Assembly (NCBI RefSeq): GCF_009914755.1
Contig: NC_060926.1
Length of the DNA: 64,000 nucleotides
Direction: 5' to 3' (one strand)
DNA from: the human T2T-CHM13v2.0 reference genome, Homo sapiens
The position numbers and the translations under genes are program-made. Below, in pieces: positions 38,060-49,757 of this stretch (position 1 is the stretch's first letter; each line of letters begins with the position of its first letter). The notes below the pieces were generated by a model, which was given only the letters and a program-made list of their open reading frames with translations, had not been told where the DNA came from and did no database searches.

Positions 38060-38369
38060 ATTTGGAGTGCTCATAATTTCATTCCCTTCTTGTTTTAATA
38101 GAGTTATGAAAGTACAGCAAAAAAAAAAAAAAAAAAAAAAAAGAGCAAGCCTAATCAAGCCTCTTGCCCATGGTCAACAAACCACAGAATCTCAGGCACC
38201 TTAAACCAAACTAATGAGGTTTTGAGACCCTTGTATGATAGACATTTTTCTGAAGGAAAATTATATACCACGTCAGACATATTTTCCACTCAGAGAGCAA
38301 TAGTTCTCTCATTTAAGTCTGCCTGTCAGGGACTATTTTGAGTGCAGTGATATTTTTAATATCATATTT

Positions 38370-39180
38370 CACTCAAGGATTTCAAAGTACTTTATAAATA
38401 ATTACATTATTAATGCCTTTGTGACCCCTGTGAAATAGCTAGGGGGCATGTATTATTTATAATCACATTATGGATGGAGAAACTGAGATAAAGAAAGGTT
38501 TAGTGGTTTGATCAAGGTCATGAAATGAATCACTAGTGGTGCTGAGTACAGAACTCAAAATCGGTGGGCTGTGCAGTTCTGCCCATTTAGAGCATGGGGG
38601 GTTTTCACCAGGGATGAAATTTGGTCCAGCTTTTAAAAACAGGACAACCATAATTACAATACACTGAAATTACTCTTTATGTCTTCCTTTTCCTGCCGAT
38701 GCTCAACTCTGCCTGCCGACCCTCCACACCACTATACCTGGTGCGTGTTATATGAGCAGAAGAGAAGAGAATATGAAGCACTTTCCTATGGGACACAGGA
38801 GCTCTGGGGTCTAGTCCTGATTCTACTCAGATGAGTGGGCGACTTCAGGACAGGTTGAATAGAAGCTACAGGGTGCAGGTATTAGAACCAAACCTCACTT
38901 CAGTCCCAGCCTTGTCACTTTACTAGACTTTTAACCCTGAAAAAGCCACCCAGAGTCCACCAGCTTCCGGGGCTTTATCGCTATGATGAAAATGTTAATG
39001 TTAATCTGGACATGTTGTGCTATTATAAGTGTTATTCATAAAGCCCTTAGCAAATCATTACTACATATTTTGACAAAAAGGCTACCATCTACTATTTTTC
39101 CTCATCTCTGGTTTTTGGTTCCATCAGCAAAAAATGGTGGGATTAGAAATAGATGATCTCAGAGGTCTTCTCTGGATTTA
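38370..39180. mobile_element. cluster of MIR/MIR3 fragments (both strands)
   Basis: ggatggagaaactgagataaagaaaggtttagtggtttgatcaaggtca (-); ggagctctggggtctagtcctgattct (+); agatgatctcagaggtcttctc (MIR3-like). Confidence 0.65.
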
Positions 39181-39194
39181 GGATGACAAGATTT

Positions 39195-39577
<383 letters not shown>

Positions 39578-40403
39578 TTAAACATGCTTCAATTGCATGG
39601 GCCCATGCTTCAAATACAATGTTGCTGCTACTAGGCGTCTATGTGTGGGTGTAGAGAACACTCTTTACACTTACAAAGCACCACCTGGTAGCGAAGATTT
39701 ATGTCTAGCATTTAAAAGGAACCATTTTCAGTATCTCAGAAAGCCCTCATGGCACGGCATTCTCATTCAAGCTATTGCTGTGAAAAACAGGGTACCTCTA
39801 CCCAACACCAATTTGCCTCATGCTGAGTAACACAGAAGCACCCCTTGACTTATGAGTTAGACATTCATTTGACTTTGGGCAAGATTGTTAATTTCTCTGC
39901 ACCTCAGACACTTTATATTTAAAACAGGAGTAGTAAGTCCACACCTATAAGGTTGTTATAGGAATCAAGTGACATAATTTAAAACTATCCTCTTCAGTAA
40001 CCCAGTAAATTTTCCAAGTGACAATGGAAAATCTCTTCCAACGTGCACCTTTCTATGTGCGGGTCTTGACAGGCCGCTCCACAATAAAAGAAAGATAGAA
40101 AAATATTCTTAAAAGATGCACTCGTTCATTCAAGAGTATGCACTCTTTTTTATTTGAAAATAATAGCATATTGTTCCAAAGGATAGCATTTTGGTAAGAT
40201 TAAAATGTTTTATTATTCTCTTTTGTTAACAATTCAGCATGTGAAAACACATGCTTATAAAATAAGATATCTTTTTTATTTTTTTCCCTTTTTTCATTAG
40301 TCTAGTAATCTTCCTCCCACAATCTGAAGTAGCTGTTCTGTTTATAATGATATGGCAAATGAACAAAATAGAAAACTGTACAAACCTGGTAGCAAGTTTA
40401 AAT

Positions 40404-40426
40404 ACACACACACACACACACACACA

Positions 40427-40461
<35 letters not shown>
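40404..40461. repeat. compound (CA)n(CT)n(CA)n microsatellite
   Basis: read directly. Confidence 0.97.
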
Positions 40462-40869
40462 GATGAAAGGCAAAACCTTGCAGTGAAGCGGCACATTCTT
40501 TCAGTGAACTGCTTATACAATCTCTAAATAACAACTCACCTTTCAAATCCGAATTTGACAGTCTTACTGTTCCTTTGGCCATGCTATTTTACCACCTGCC
40601 ACATCAGATAGATCTCTTATCTTCTGGTGAGATATAGCCCTGATTGTTTATCAGGGCAGCAAAACACAAATTAACAAGTAAGATTGTCTTCCGGATTGAG
40701 CCATGATCCTGGACGCTGTGGCCGGCTGCTTCCCCATCACACACCCTCTTTTTGCTTTTTAGCTTCTTTGTGGTGGAACCCAAGTTCTCTCTATCAGCCC
40801 AGACCCACCTGACACCACACCATTGACCTTGCTTTCCTCTCCACTGCTCTCTTTTTTCATCCAGGGCCA

Positions 40870-41235
40870 ATAAACTGCTAGGACTTTCTCAAAATAGCAT
40901 GCTGGCTCATGCCTCTGCACCTCTGCTAGTGTTATCTCTGTTCAGAACACCCTTCCCAGCACGCTTCATTTCCTCTGTGGCTTCTCTATGTAGATTCCGT
41001 TGCTTCCTCAATGCCTTACCCAGCGCCCCATCCTCATCTTCCACACCACTACCAGGCTGGCCCAGCAGTTTCTTCTGTGACCGGTGACTTGTGGTGTTTC
41101 CACCACAGTACCTGCCACAGTGACGGCCAGTGGCTTAAGAAGGTCGTGGCTGTCAGGGACCCTATCTTTTTCATTTCTAAATTCCCAATGCCTGGGACAT
41201 GAGAGCTAAATATATGCTGAATGAATGAACAAATG
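40870..41235 (+). mobile_element. LINE-2 3' end fragment
   Basis: ctctgcacctctgc...cagaacacccttccc...cagggaccctatc...atgctgaatgaatgaa terminal microsatellite. Confidence 0.7.
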
Positions 41236-42796
41236 GCAAACAGGTGGATAAATGGAAGACCATACTCGTTGATATCTTCCACAGGGACCTCGCTTATCCA
41301 TCTTTAGGATGACCAGGTGATTATAAAGTGGCCCTAGGGAGCTTGGACCGACAAGGTAGATCCCAGAGGATCATGTTTAAATGAACCAAAGAGGCCTGTC
41401 TTGGGAGTCTGGGTCCAATACACACAGAGACATAAACACTTGGTGTTGGAGGCAGAAGCCAGAACAATACAGGGGAAAGGGCAGCAGTATATGTGTCATG
41501 AATTTTGAGAAACTGTCTGCAGTATGGGTATGACAGATGTACCTGCCTCACAGGAACTTTGCAAAAATTAAGGAAATCAATACATGTAAAGCACTTAGAA
41601 TGGTGCCGGGCTCCTAGAAAGAAGTTAGTAAAGAATAAAAATAATAATCATTATTACATGTTTTATTTAGAATAATAAAACTGCATAGAGTTCTCTGAAG
41701 ACACCGTAACTCTGTGCCTGAGGTTCTCTTACATTACATGATACCTCTGCCATCATGTTTATTGATTTACTGGTCAGTTCATTCAAAAAATCCATTTGTC
41801 ACAAACATATTGGGTGCCCATGCTATTTCAAATACCCTTCTTGGCATTTGTTTCACTCTCTATGTAGTGAGATCTCGGTAACCACATTTTTTAAATCTCT
41901 CTAGTCTTGGGTAGAAGAGTAAATGAGTAGAAAACATTCACTACGATTCACAACTTTTATTTTCCTTTTCTACATACAGGTACTTTAGCTTAAACAAGGC
42001 TCAGTTTCTTTATGAAAATTATGTGCGTGAGTCTCTCAACAGGCCCCTAGTTTTCCTAAAGTGCTGCAGGTCACAAAGACTTTCTGACATCTTCAGGTCT
42101 CTTAACAAAGAAGGGTCCCAGCCTTTGCCTCTGAGTGAAACCAGGATCTAACTGAGTCCAAGAGGTATGTGGCATTTCTTGAATATTACTTTACAAATAT
42201 GTGTTATTTAGTCTCTATTATGTTGGGCAAATTCCTAGGCACCAAGAATTAAAAGATCAATAAAAATAAATCCAAGATTTAAGGAACTCAGATAGGAAAA
42301 TCAACGATAATTAAACAATGCAAAAACATCCATTCTAAAGAGAAGTATGAGCTCCGAGAGTCTAGAAAAGGGACATCTAACAATAGGGAAAGGCAGAGGT
42401 CAGAAACAGCTTCCTAAAGGAGGCAATAACTGAAAAGAATTATTTAAAAAAACAGTCAGTGTTAGTAAAATACTAAAGGAGGAGAACAGGTTCTCAGGCA
42501 GAAAGAGTAACACTTTTGAAAGCAAAAGACATAAATATTAAAATACACTCAAGTGATGATACATACATACTTCAGACATGTTTAAATGCAATATAAAACA
42601 TTATATTATGTAGCTATATTTATACTTTATACAAATCAATTTACCAAAGTTAAAACTTCAAAAGGATATACTTTATGCGTAAAGTCCAGACTTCTTACAA
42701 GTCCACATTTTTTGACAAAGCAATTTAACCTTTTACATCTTGACTCCTGTTTACCTCACTAGTTTCATTTTCCCTTTCTAACTACCATCTTTGGTT

Positions 42797-43105
42797 TAGG
42801 TGTAGGAACATTCTTTCCACAAAAGGTCAGAAAGAAAATATTTTCAGTATGGTGGCCCAAGCAGTCTCTCTCACAATCACTCTGTTGCTCTCGGCAAGCA
42901 GCCATAGGCATGGCTGTGTTCCAATAAAACTTTATTCATGGACACAGACATTTGAATGACATGTGATTTCCATGTGTTAATGAGATCGTCTTCTTCAAAT
43001 TTTTTCAATTATTTGAAAATGTAGAAAACTTTATTAGCTTGTGGACCACATAAAAAAATGCAGCAAACTGGATACAGATTCCAGGACATAACTTACCTAC
43101 CCCTC
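42797..43105. mobile_element. MER58B-like hAT-Charlie DNA transposon
   Basis: gcagccataggcatggctgtgttccaataaaactttattcatggacac...catttgaat. Confidence 0.8.
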
Positions 43106-43295
43106 TTTCAGAAAATCTTTATAACTTGGTGGTTGGGAGCTGGAGCAGGAGTCTGACTTCATGAGGTTTACTCGCAACTCAGCCACTATACTAGATGTAT
43201 GATCTTGAACTAGTTAACGGGAGCATAAAGGGCGTGCTTCAGGCCATCTCTCTGTTGGTGACGGGGAGCCATTTAAAAAGTGTCAACTAGGCAGC

Positions 43296-43530
43296 AATAC
43301 AAAAATTAGCCAGGACTGGTGGTTCGCACTCGTAGTCCCAGCTACTCGGGAGGCTGAGGTGGGAGGATGGCTTGAGCATGAAAAGTATAGGTTGCAGTGA
43401 GCCGAGATCGTACTACTGCACCGTGCCTGGGTGACAGAGCCAGACCTTGTCTCAACAAAACAAAACAAAATAAAACAAAACAAAACCAAAACCCAGAAAC
43501 CAAAAATAACAACAACAACAAAAAAAAACA
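43296..43530 (+). mobile_element. AluJ right arm (5'-truncated) with (CAAAA)n tail
   Basis: aatacaaaaattagccagg...ggtgggaggatggcttgagc...gacagagccagaccttgtctc. Confidence 0.88.
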
Positions 43531-44199
43531 GGGCAGTAGAATAATGTGATATGCCTTTTAGGGAAGTCTCTCTGACTGGAAAGAGAATCTTAGACCACAG
43601 CAGGAAAACTTGATAAGGAGACAACTGTTAGGAGGGCGATAGAACAAATTTCATTCATCTACTTCGATTTTACTTATCATTAGATCTGAAATATGAATAT
43701 ATCATACTTAATTGTATTATCTATCTGTACTATACTTACTGTGTTTTTTCTAATGTCATTTACAAATATACTGCATTTTCCATTACAAAGCAATTAAAGG
43801 TCCATCATAAATGATGACCTTGTGAGCACTGTGTTTGAGAGGAATGGATTTGGAACCTATGAACTGCAGATAGAAATGCCTTGGTAAACTGGTTTTTTTT
43901 TTTTTTTTTTTACCAGGAACACAGACCATCTGTTTCCTTTGGTGATACAGTATCTCAGTCCACAATGTGGTTCCAAATGAATAATGGAGATTGGTTTTTA
44001 CAAGCCAGCTTTATCTGTTGCAGCAATGATTAATAACCCCATGGCCAACCTTGCTTATAAAAAGAGAGAAAACATGTGAAAACAATTTTGTATCTGAGTG
44101 AGATGAATCCATATTTTGTAAGTAAGATTAAAGTCAACATAAGCAGATGCCATGGAGTTTAGAGATTTCCCTTATTGGGCTGTGTAAAAGAAACCACTG

Positions 44200-44450
44200 A
44201 AGCATGCACGGCTTGCACTGGAAACCAGGTTCCAAAATAAGCCTAGTATGCAGCCTCAGACAAATGACTTAAGATCTCTAAGCCTCATTCAAATGACTTA
44301 AGATTTCTAAGCCTTCATTTCACTTATCTGAAATAAGGATAATGGTGTATGCTTTATAGTATTTGGGTAAAAATTGATTATTCCATGTACAGTATTTGGG
44401 TAAAAATTGATTATTGCATGTAAAATATGCTAAACTACATAGTATGCCAT
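44200..44450 (+). mobile_element. MIR with two internal tandem duplications
   Basis: caaatgacttaagatctctaagcctcatt...cttatctgaaataaggataatg core. Confidence 0.7.
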
Positions 44451-44490
44451 GTTGTATTTGGTAAAATTATTTTTGGAATGGGGTTTTTTT

Positions 44491-44525
44491 GTGTGTGTGT
44501 ATGTGTGTGTGTGTGAGTGTGTGTG
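44491..44525. repeat. (TG)n imperfect microsatellite
   Basis: read directly. Confidence 0.9.
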
Positions 44526-45259
44526 GCTGATTCCACTCCAACCCTTAAAGGTCTCCTCACCCCAAATTTGCTCTTGATTTGGGCCGAGTGACTTCCATGA
44601 AGGTTCCTGAAACTTTTTCTCCAACTTTGTGCCTTATTTGACTTCTCAACACTATTCTGTCATTTCTTCAGCTCTCCTCCCTTGACGTCTTTTACAACAC
44701 ATTCTTTTTTTTTTCCTACCTCTCTGATCTGATGTGTGTTCTCTTTCTTTCTCTTTCTCTCTCTCTTTCTCTCACACACACACACCCACCCGCACACACA
44801 CACACAAACTCCCCCCTCTTTTATCTCTCTCTCTTCCCTTTTCTGTTAGTAAAAGGCCACTAAACATTTCATCCCTTCAAGGCTTAATCCTAGGGCACTA
44901 TTTATTGTTTTTACTCAAGTGGAAACTCTAGGAGATACATTTAAGCCCATGTTTTCAAATATCATCTATACCCAGATGACTCAAATTACAAATCTCTAAT
45001 GTAAGATTAAAATTACCTTTTGTGCTCTAGAACTGAATAAAACCAAGCAGCTCCAGAACGACTCTCTTTGAATGATTATGTAACAGGATATCCCTAAACC
45101 TGGTTCTTTTCCTGGGCTCCCTACTGTGTTGTCACTTTCTTCTCTGTTATACATGATCCTTGACACACCCTGCTCTCTCGTCCCACATATTCCATCCACC
45201 ATCCAGCTGTATTTATTTTCCCCCTGAAATATTCCTTGCTTTTACTTTGTAAAATTATG

Positions 45260-45376
45260 TTAACTGATGCATCATAATTATACATATTTATCAGTAACCG
45301 TGTGATATTTCAATACATTTATGTACTATGTAATGATCAAATCAGGGCAATTTGCACACCTATTACCTCAAACACT
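45260..45376 (-). mobile_element. L1MA 3' end fragment
   Basis: tgtaatgatcaaatcagggcaatttgcacacctattacctcaaacac. Confidence 0.7.
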
Positions 45377-45459
45377 GTTGTGACATTTCAGCAACTACCT
45401 TACAACCTCTCAATCGCATTTCTCAGTAAGTTAGTTCTTAGATGGTCATGATAATCAGT

Positions 45460-45677
45460 TTAGTTATTTTGACTTTGGTAAGCTTGCTGATACCATTTTG
45501 GGCTGAATAATTCTTTGTTGAGGGGGGCTGCCTTGCATCACCTTTGGCTTCTATGCACTAGATGCCAGTAGCGTAGCACTCTACCCTCAAGTTCCGACAA
45601 TCAAAAACTGCTCCAAACATTGCCAAATGTCCATCAGTGGGCATAGAAAGCAAAATTACTTCCATTTGAGAACCACA
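45460..45677 (-). mobile_element. MER20 DNA transposon
   Basis: ttttgggctgaataattctttgttg, cactagatgccagtagc, aaacattgccaaatgtcc, ttgagaaccac. Confidence 0.85.
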
Positions 45678-46697
45678 ATCAATTCATTTCTTTCCATTTT
45701 GTCTTGCAGATATAGACCAAGGTTTCCTATTCTCTTTCCTGGATGGACAAAATAGGCTTTTAACTGGGCACCCAAATCTATACTGCTACTCTTTCCATTC
45801 TTCCTGTGATGTGGAGTGAGTGCTGAAATCAGCTGGGGTCTGCTCTGTCATACAGTTACTGTGTGATTTTGGACAAAATCATTAATGTTTCTCAACTCTT
45901 CACTCTTGCCATGGGTAAACAGTACAAATATTATAGGGTTGTTGTGAGTATCAAATATGTAGTACATGCATGGTGCTCAAAACAGTGGCTGGCATAGGGT
46001 TTAAACTTTCAATGAATATTATTTATGGTAGCCAGAATTGTCTTTGAAAACAGAAGTCTTATGAGAACCAATGAAATGCGATAATACCAGCTCTCAGCTA
46101 ATAGGTTTGTCTGGCATTGTTCCTGCTCACACAGTCTTATGTTGCAAAAGGCTCCATCCTGATACCTGCCCTCTAGATACTTTGTTTTGGTTTATGCTAT
46201 TTCATATTTATCCAAGATATTTGTACCAGGAATACTTTAGGCCTCTTCCTGTCTGTTCTCTCAGAAATGCCCTTTTTTCTCTATCTCTATAATCGTTGCC
46301 TATTTCACTTCTATCCTTCCTCAGTTTTCAGTCCAATCACTACTTTTGCAGAGAAGCCTTCCCTGGCTTGTATGACTAGATTGATTAACCCTATTTTACC
46401 AATTGATATATGTTATACTTCTTTTAAACATTAATTCATTTGCTATTAATTTTTTGTGTGATTCTTTGTATGCTTTCTCCACTAGACTATAAATTATTTG
46501 AGTGCAAAGTTTTTTTTTTTTGTTTGGGTGGTGGTTTTAGTTTTGCTTGGTGTTAGACTCATGTCAAGCATAATTATGGACTTATCATAGACATTCAATA
46601 AATAATTCATGTTGTATAAAAGTATGTAGTTTTTCTAGCTGATTAAACAGCTTTGAAGATATAAAGTTAATGTACATTGTTTTGTAAATAAAAACCA

Positions 46698-47070
46698 ATG
46701 TCTTTGCAAAGTTTCCTGAAGAAAGCAAGAACTGAGAAAAAGGTTTATGTGCAGGAAGTTTATCCAAGGATACATTATCCAGTTGATTAGCACTGTGGGC
46801 AACTGGGTCTGAATTCTACTAGGGACAATATAGATGGAGCCTGTGGAGAAGGCAGCTGAGAACTGTCTACCCAGGGAAGAGAAGAGGTGGGTGTTTATCT
46901 ACTAGCTCCCACTGCCCATGCTCAAGGGTCCACTGCCTGAGTTCTAACATCTTTGCATTTGCATTTTGCAGATGCATGAATAAAAGCTAAGCAGACGTGG
47001 AAGGCTTTCCGTGTGGCAAACTCAGAGAAATCTATGATAGAAAGTCAAAGAGTTGAAGAGCAAATATTAA
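46698..47070 (-). mobile_element. LTR33-like ERVL LTR
   Basis: gcactgtgggcaactgggtctgaattctactagggac and gggtgtttatctactagctcccactgcccatg resemble recalled LTR33. Confidence 0.6.
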
Positions 47071-47510
47071 TGTCTAACACTTTTAATTTATATTTTCAGA
47101 ACTCCTACTAAAGTAAATCCTAATTTCATACATTTATTGGTGACTTTCTTCTTCACGAAATGAGTTTTTTTAGCCCAGTTAGACATCTTGTATAGTTACA
47201 ATTTTAGGAGGTCTTTTGTAGAGCAATTGTATGTTTCCTTTGTCTTTCATCATTTCATAACATAGTTAAGTCTGATAGTTTGTTATTTATACATCCTTGG
47301 TTTCTTCTCTTGCTTCCAGATTTTAATAGAGTAAGTAAATAATTAGAATTTTTCTTCTAATAATGTTATACATGATATATTATCTTTTTAATGCAAATCA
47401 TTGGTCCATTTAGAATTAATTTTGGTGCATCTAGGCAACGTACGAGTGATCTAGTGATCCAGTTCCTCTTCATTCCTACCAGCATTTAGTGTTATCACTG
47501 TTTGGTTTTG

Positions 47511-47583
47511 TTTAGTCTGTAGTCATTCTAGTCATTTAGTCTGTAGTCTTTAGTCTTTAATCTGTAGTCATTTAGTCTGTAGT
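47511..47583. repeat. short imperfect tandem repeat of TAGTC(T/A)-based units inside an old L1M fragment
   Basis: tttagtctgtagtcattctagtcatttagtctgtagtctttagtctttaatctgtagtcatttagtctgtagt. Confidence 0.85.
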
Positions 47584-47677
47584 TTGAATTTGAATTATCT
47601 TAGTGGCTAACAGTGTTGAAAATTTTTTCATGTACCTATTTGTCTATGAATCCTCTTTAATAAAACATAGTTTTGTC

Positions 47678-47757
47678 CTTCTTTCCTTCCTTCCTTCCTC
47701 CCTTCCTCCCTCCCTTCCTCACTTCCTCCCTTCCTTTCTCCCTCCCTCCCTCTCTCC
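47678..47757. repeat. (CCTT/CCCT)n polypyrimidine tract
   Basis: read directly. Confidence 0.95.
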
Positions 47758-47798
47758 AGGGTTCTCCAGAGAAACAGTACCAATAAGAGGATAAATAG
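47758..47798 (-). mobile_element. MLT2 LTR stub (continues as GATA-rich repeat ~48265-48306)
   Basis: agggttctccagagaaacagtaccaataag = MLT2 terminal motif. Confidence 0.65.
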
Positions 47799-48264
47799 TA
47801 TCTTAGTGCATTTTCTGTTGCTATAACAGAATATCTGAGGCTCAATAATTTATAAAGAAAAGCATTTATTATTCACCTCATGGTTCTGCAGGCTGGGAAG
47901 TTCGAGGGGCATGGCACCAGTATCTGCTCAGCTTCTGGTGAGAGCTTTACTGCTGGGTAAAAACATGGCAGAAGGTTAAAGAGGAAGTGGACACATGCAA
48001 CAGGAGACTAAATCTGAAGGGTGTCATTTTATAATAATCCATTCTTGCAGGAATGAACCAGTTTCTGAGATAACCTATCCAGTCTTATGAGAGCTAGAAT
48101 TTGCTCACTACTATAAGAAAGGCACAAAGTTATTCATGAGGAATCTGCCTCCATGATCCAAATACTCCCCACTAGGCTCCACCTCCCACCTCCTAAAACT
48201 ACCATGTTGATGATCACATTTCAACATGAGTTTTGGTGGGACAAACCATATCCAAACCATAGTA
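47799..48264 (-). mobile_element. MST-family (MSTC/MSTD-like) solo LTR
   Basis: tatcttagtgcattttctgttgctataacagaatatctgagg...cacatttcaacatgagttttggtgggacaaaccatatccaaaccatagta. Confidence 0.85.
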
Positions 48265-48663
48265 GAAGGTAGAAAGATAAATAGATAGATAGGAGACAGA
48301 TAGAGGTAGTTTCTTTCTTTCTTTCACATATATATATATAAAAACCTTAGAATGACCTTCAGGACCCGCAAGAGCTGGCCTTCTATTAACTACCTGATCT
48401 CATCTGTTCTTAGTCTCCTCTCCACTGATTCATTCTGCCCCACTGAACTTAGTGAACTCTTAGTCTCCTCTCCACTGATTCATTCTGCCTCACTGAACTC
48501 CCTGTTATCCCTCTTACACATTAGGCTCACTCCCACCACTTCATGTACTGCTTCTTCTTCTTCCAGGGATTATAAAGGAAACATGGGTCATTTCTGTATT
48601 TTCATCAGAACTTTTAATATAAAACAAAACAAAACAAAAACAAATTTTAAAACAAAACAACTA

Positions 48664-48842
48664 CAAAAGAAAAAATGAAAAGAGAAAAGAAAGAAAAAAG
48701 GAAAGGAAAGAAAGAAGGAAGAAGGAAGAAAAGAAGGAATGAAGGAGGGAAGGAGGGAAGGAGGGAGGGAGGGAAGGAGGGAGGGATGGAGGAAGGAAGA
48801 AAGGAAGGAAGGAGGGAGGGAGGAAGGAAGGAAGGCAGGCAA
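48664..48842. repeat. (GAAA)/(GGAA)/(GGGA)n polypurine tract
   Basis: read directly. Confidence 0.95.
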
Positions 48843-49299
48843 ACAATACACACACATATACATATATAAATATATATGTATATCTTAGAAATTTTAGGAA
48901 TACTAAGGAAATAAATAAGGTACACTCTGAAGTATTTTATTTGCTCCTGATAAATGTGTAATGAATATTTCTGCACAGTTCTTACTTAAATAAACACATA
49001 ATGTAACCAGGTGAGCATTTCTTATATATTCAAGCAAGACATACAACCAAGACTTGCAGGGAGAACTAAAAATGGCTTCTTCCAGAAATCTAATGAGTAG
49101 AAAAATAGAAGAGAAGGAAAATAATCTTAGTAATGTTTTTCAAACTTCACATTAAACCTATGGGACAGCGTGGACTATTTGAAATCATTAGGATTACTCA
49201 TTGCCTCCTTGTTTGCTGCATTTAATTTGATTGGCTCTGCCTGGGTTTTCTATTTACCCAGTCTGTCCATGTGAGAGATGTTGGTGGGATCTGAGTTTA

Positions 49300-49530
49300 G
49301 AGCTCACCTGGTTGCAGGGCAGAGCTCAAACAGCACAGGCTTTGGTGTCAGCCAGTCCTGTCTGATGACCCAAGTTCCTTGTGTTAGTAACTGTAGAGCT
49401 GCAGAACTCAGTTTTTTCACCTGAAAAGTGAGGTTATTGACCTCATATAGCTAGGAGGATTAGTAATAGCAGTTGTAAAGAACTGTACACATAACAGAGA
49501 CTTGGTCGATAGTAGTTAGTGCTGTGATAA
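49300..49530 (+). mobile_element. MIR SINE
   Basis: agcacaggctttggtgtcagcc...ctcagtttttcacctgaaaagtgagg. Confidence 0.65.
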
Positions 49531-49757
49531 ATATTTCTTAAAGGGGCTTAGACTTGGAATTAGCCTCAAAAGGGCCAATTGAGACTGAATAGGCAAAGAC
49601 TGGTTATAAGACTTCTTCAACTTTTGAAAGACCTCCAATCCTTGGAGAGATGCTTGAGATATTTTATAGGGCTGAAGATACAAGATATTTTATGAATATT
49701 TATTGAATTTAACAATAAAAATATGAGGTGACAATTTGAGCATAATTTCGTATAAAA

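Larger units (their letters stand above)
44600..46620 (+). mobile_element. fragmented LINE-2 interrupted by L1MA piece, MER20 and MIR
   Basis: atcatctatacccagatgactcaaattacaaatctcta (RT YADD region), gagaagccttccctggct, ctccactagactataaattatttgagtgca, cattcaataaata. Confidence 0.65.

Noticed and set aside
38119-38142. Poly-A run as the tail of a processed pseudogene
   Set aside because: No upstream mRNA-like body or canonical AATAAA at the expected distance; flank similarity (acagcaa/agagcaa) is too short to call.
47603-48976. Overlapping ORFs rich in PSFL/EGRK repeats
   Set aside because: Translations of (CCTT)n/(GGAA)n simple repeats.
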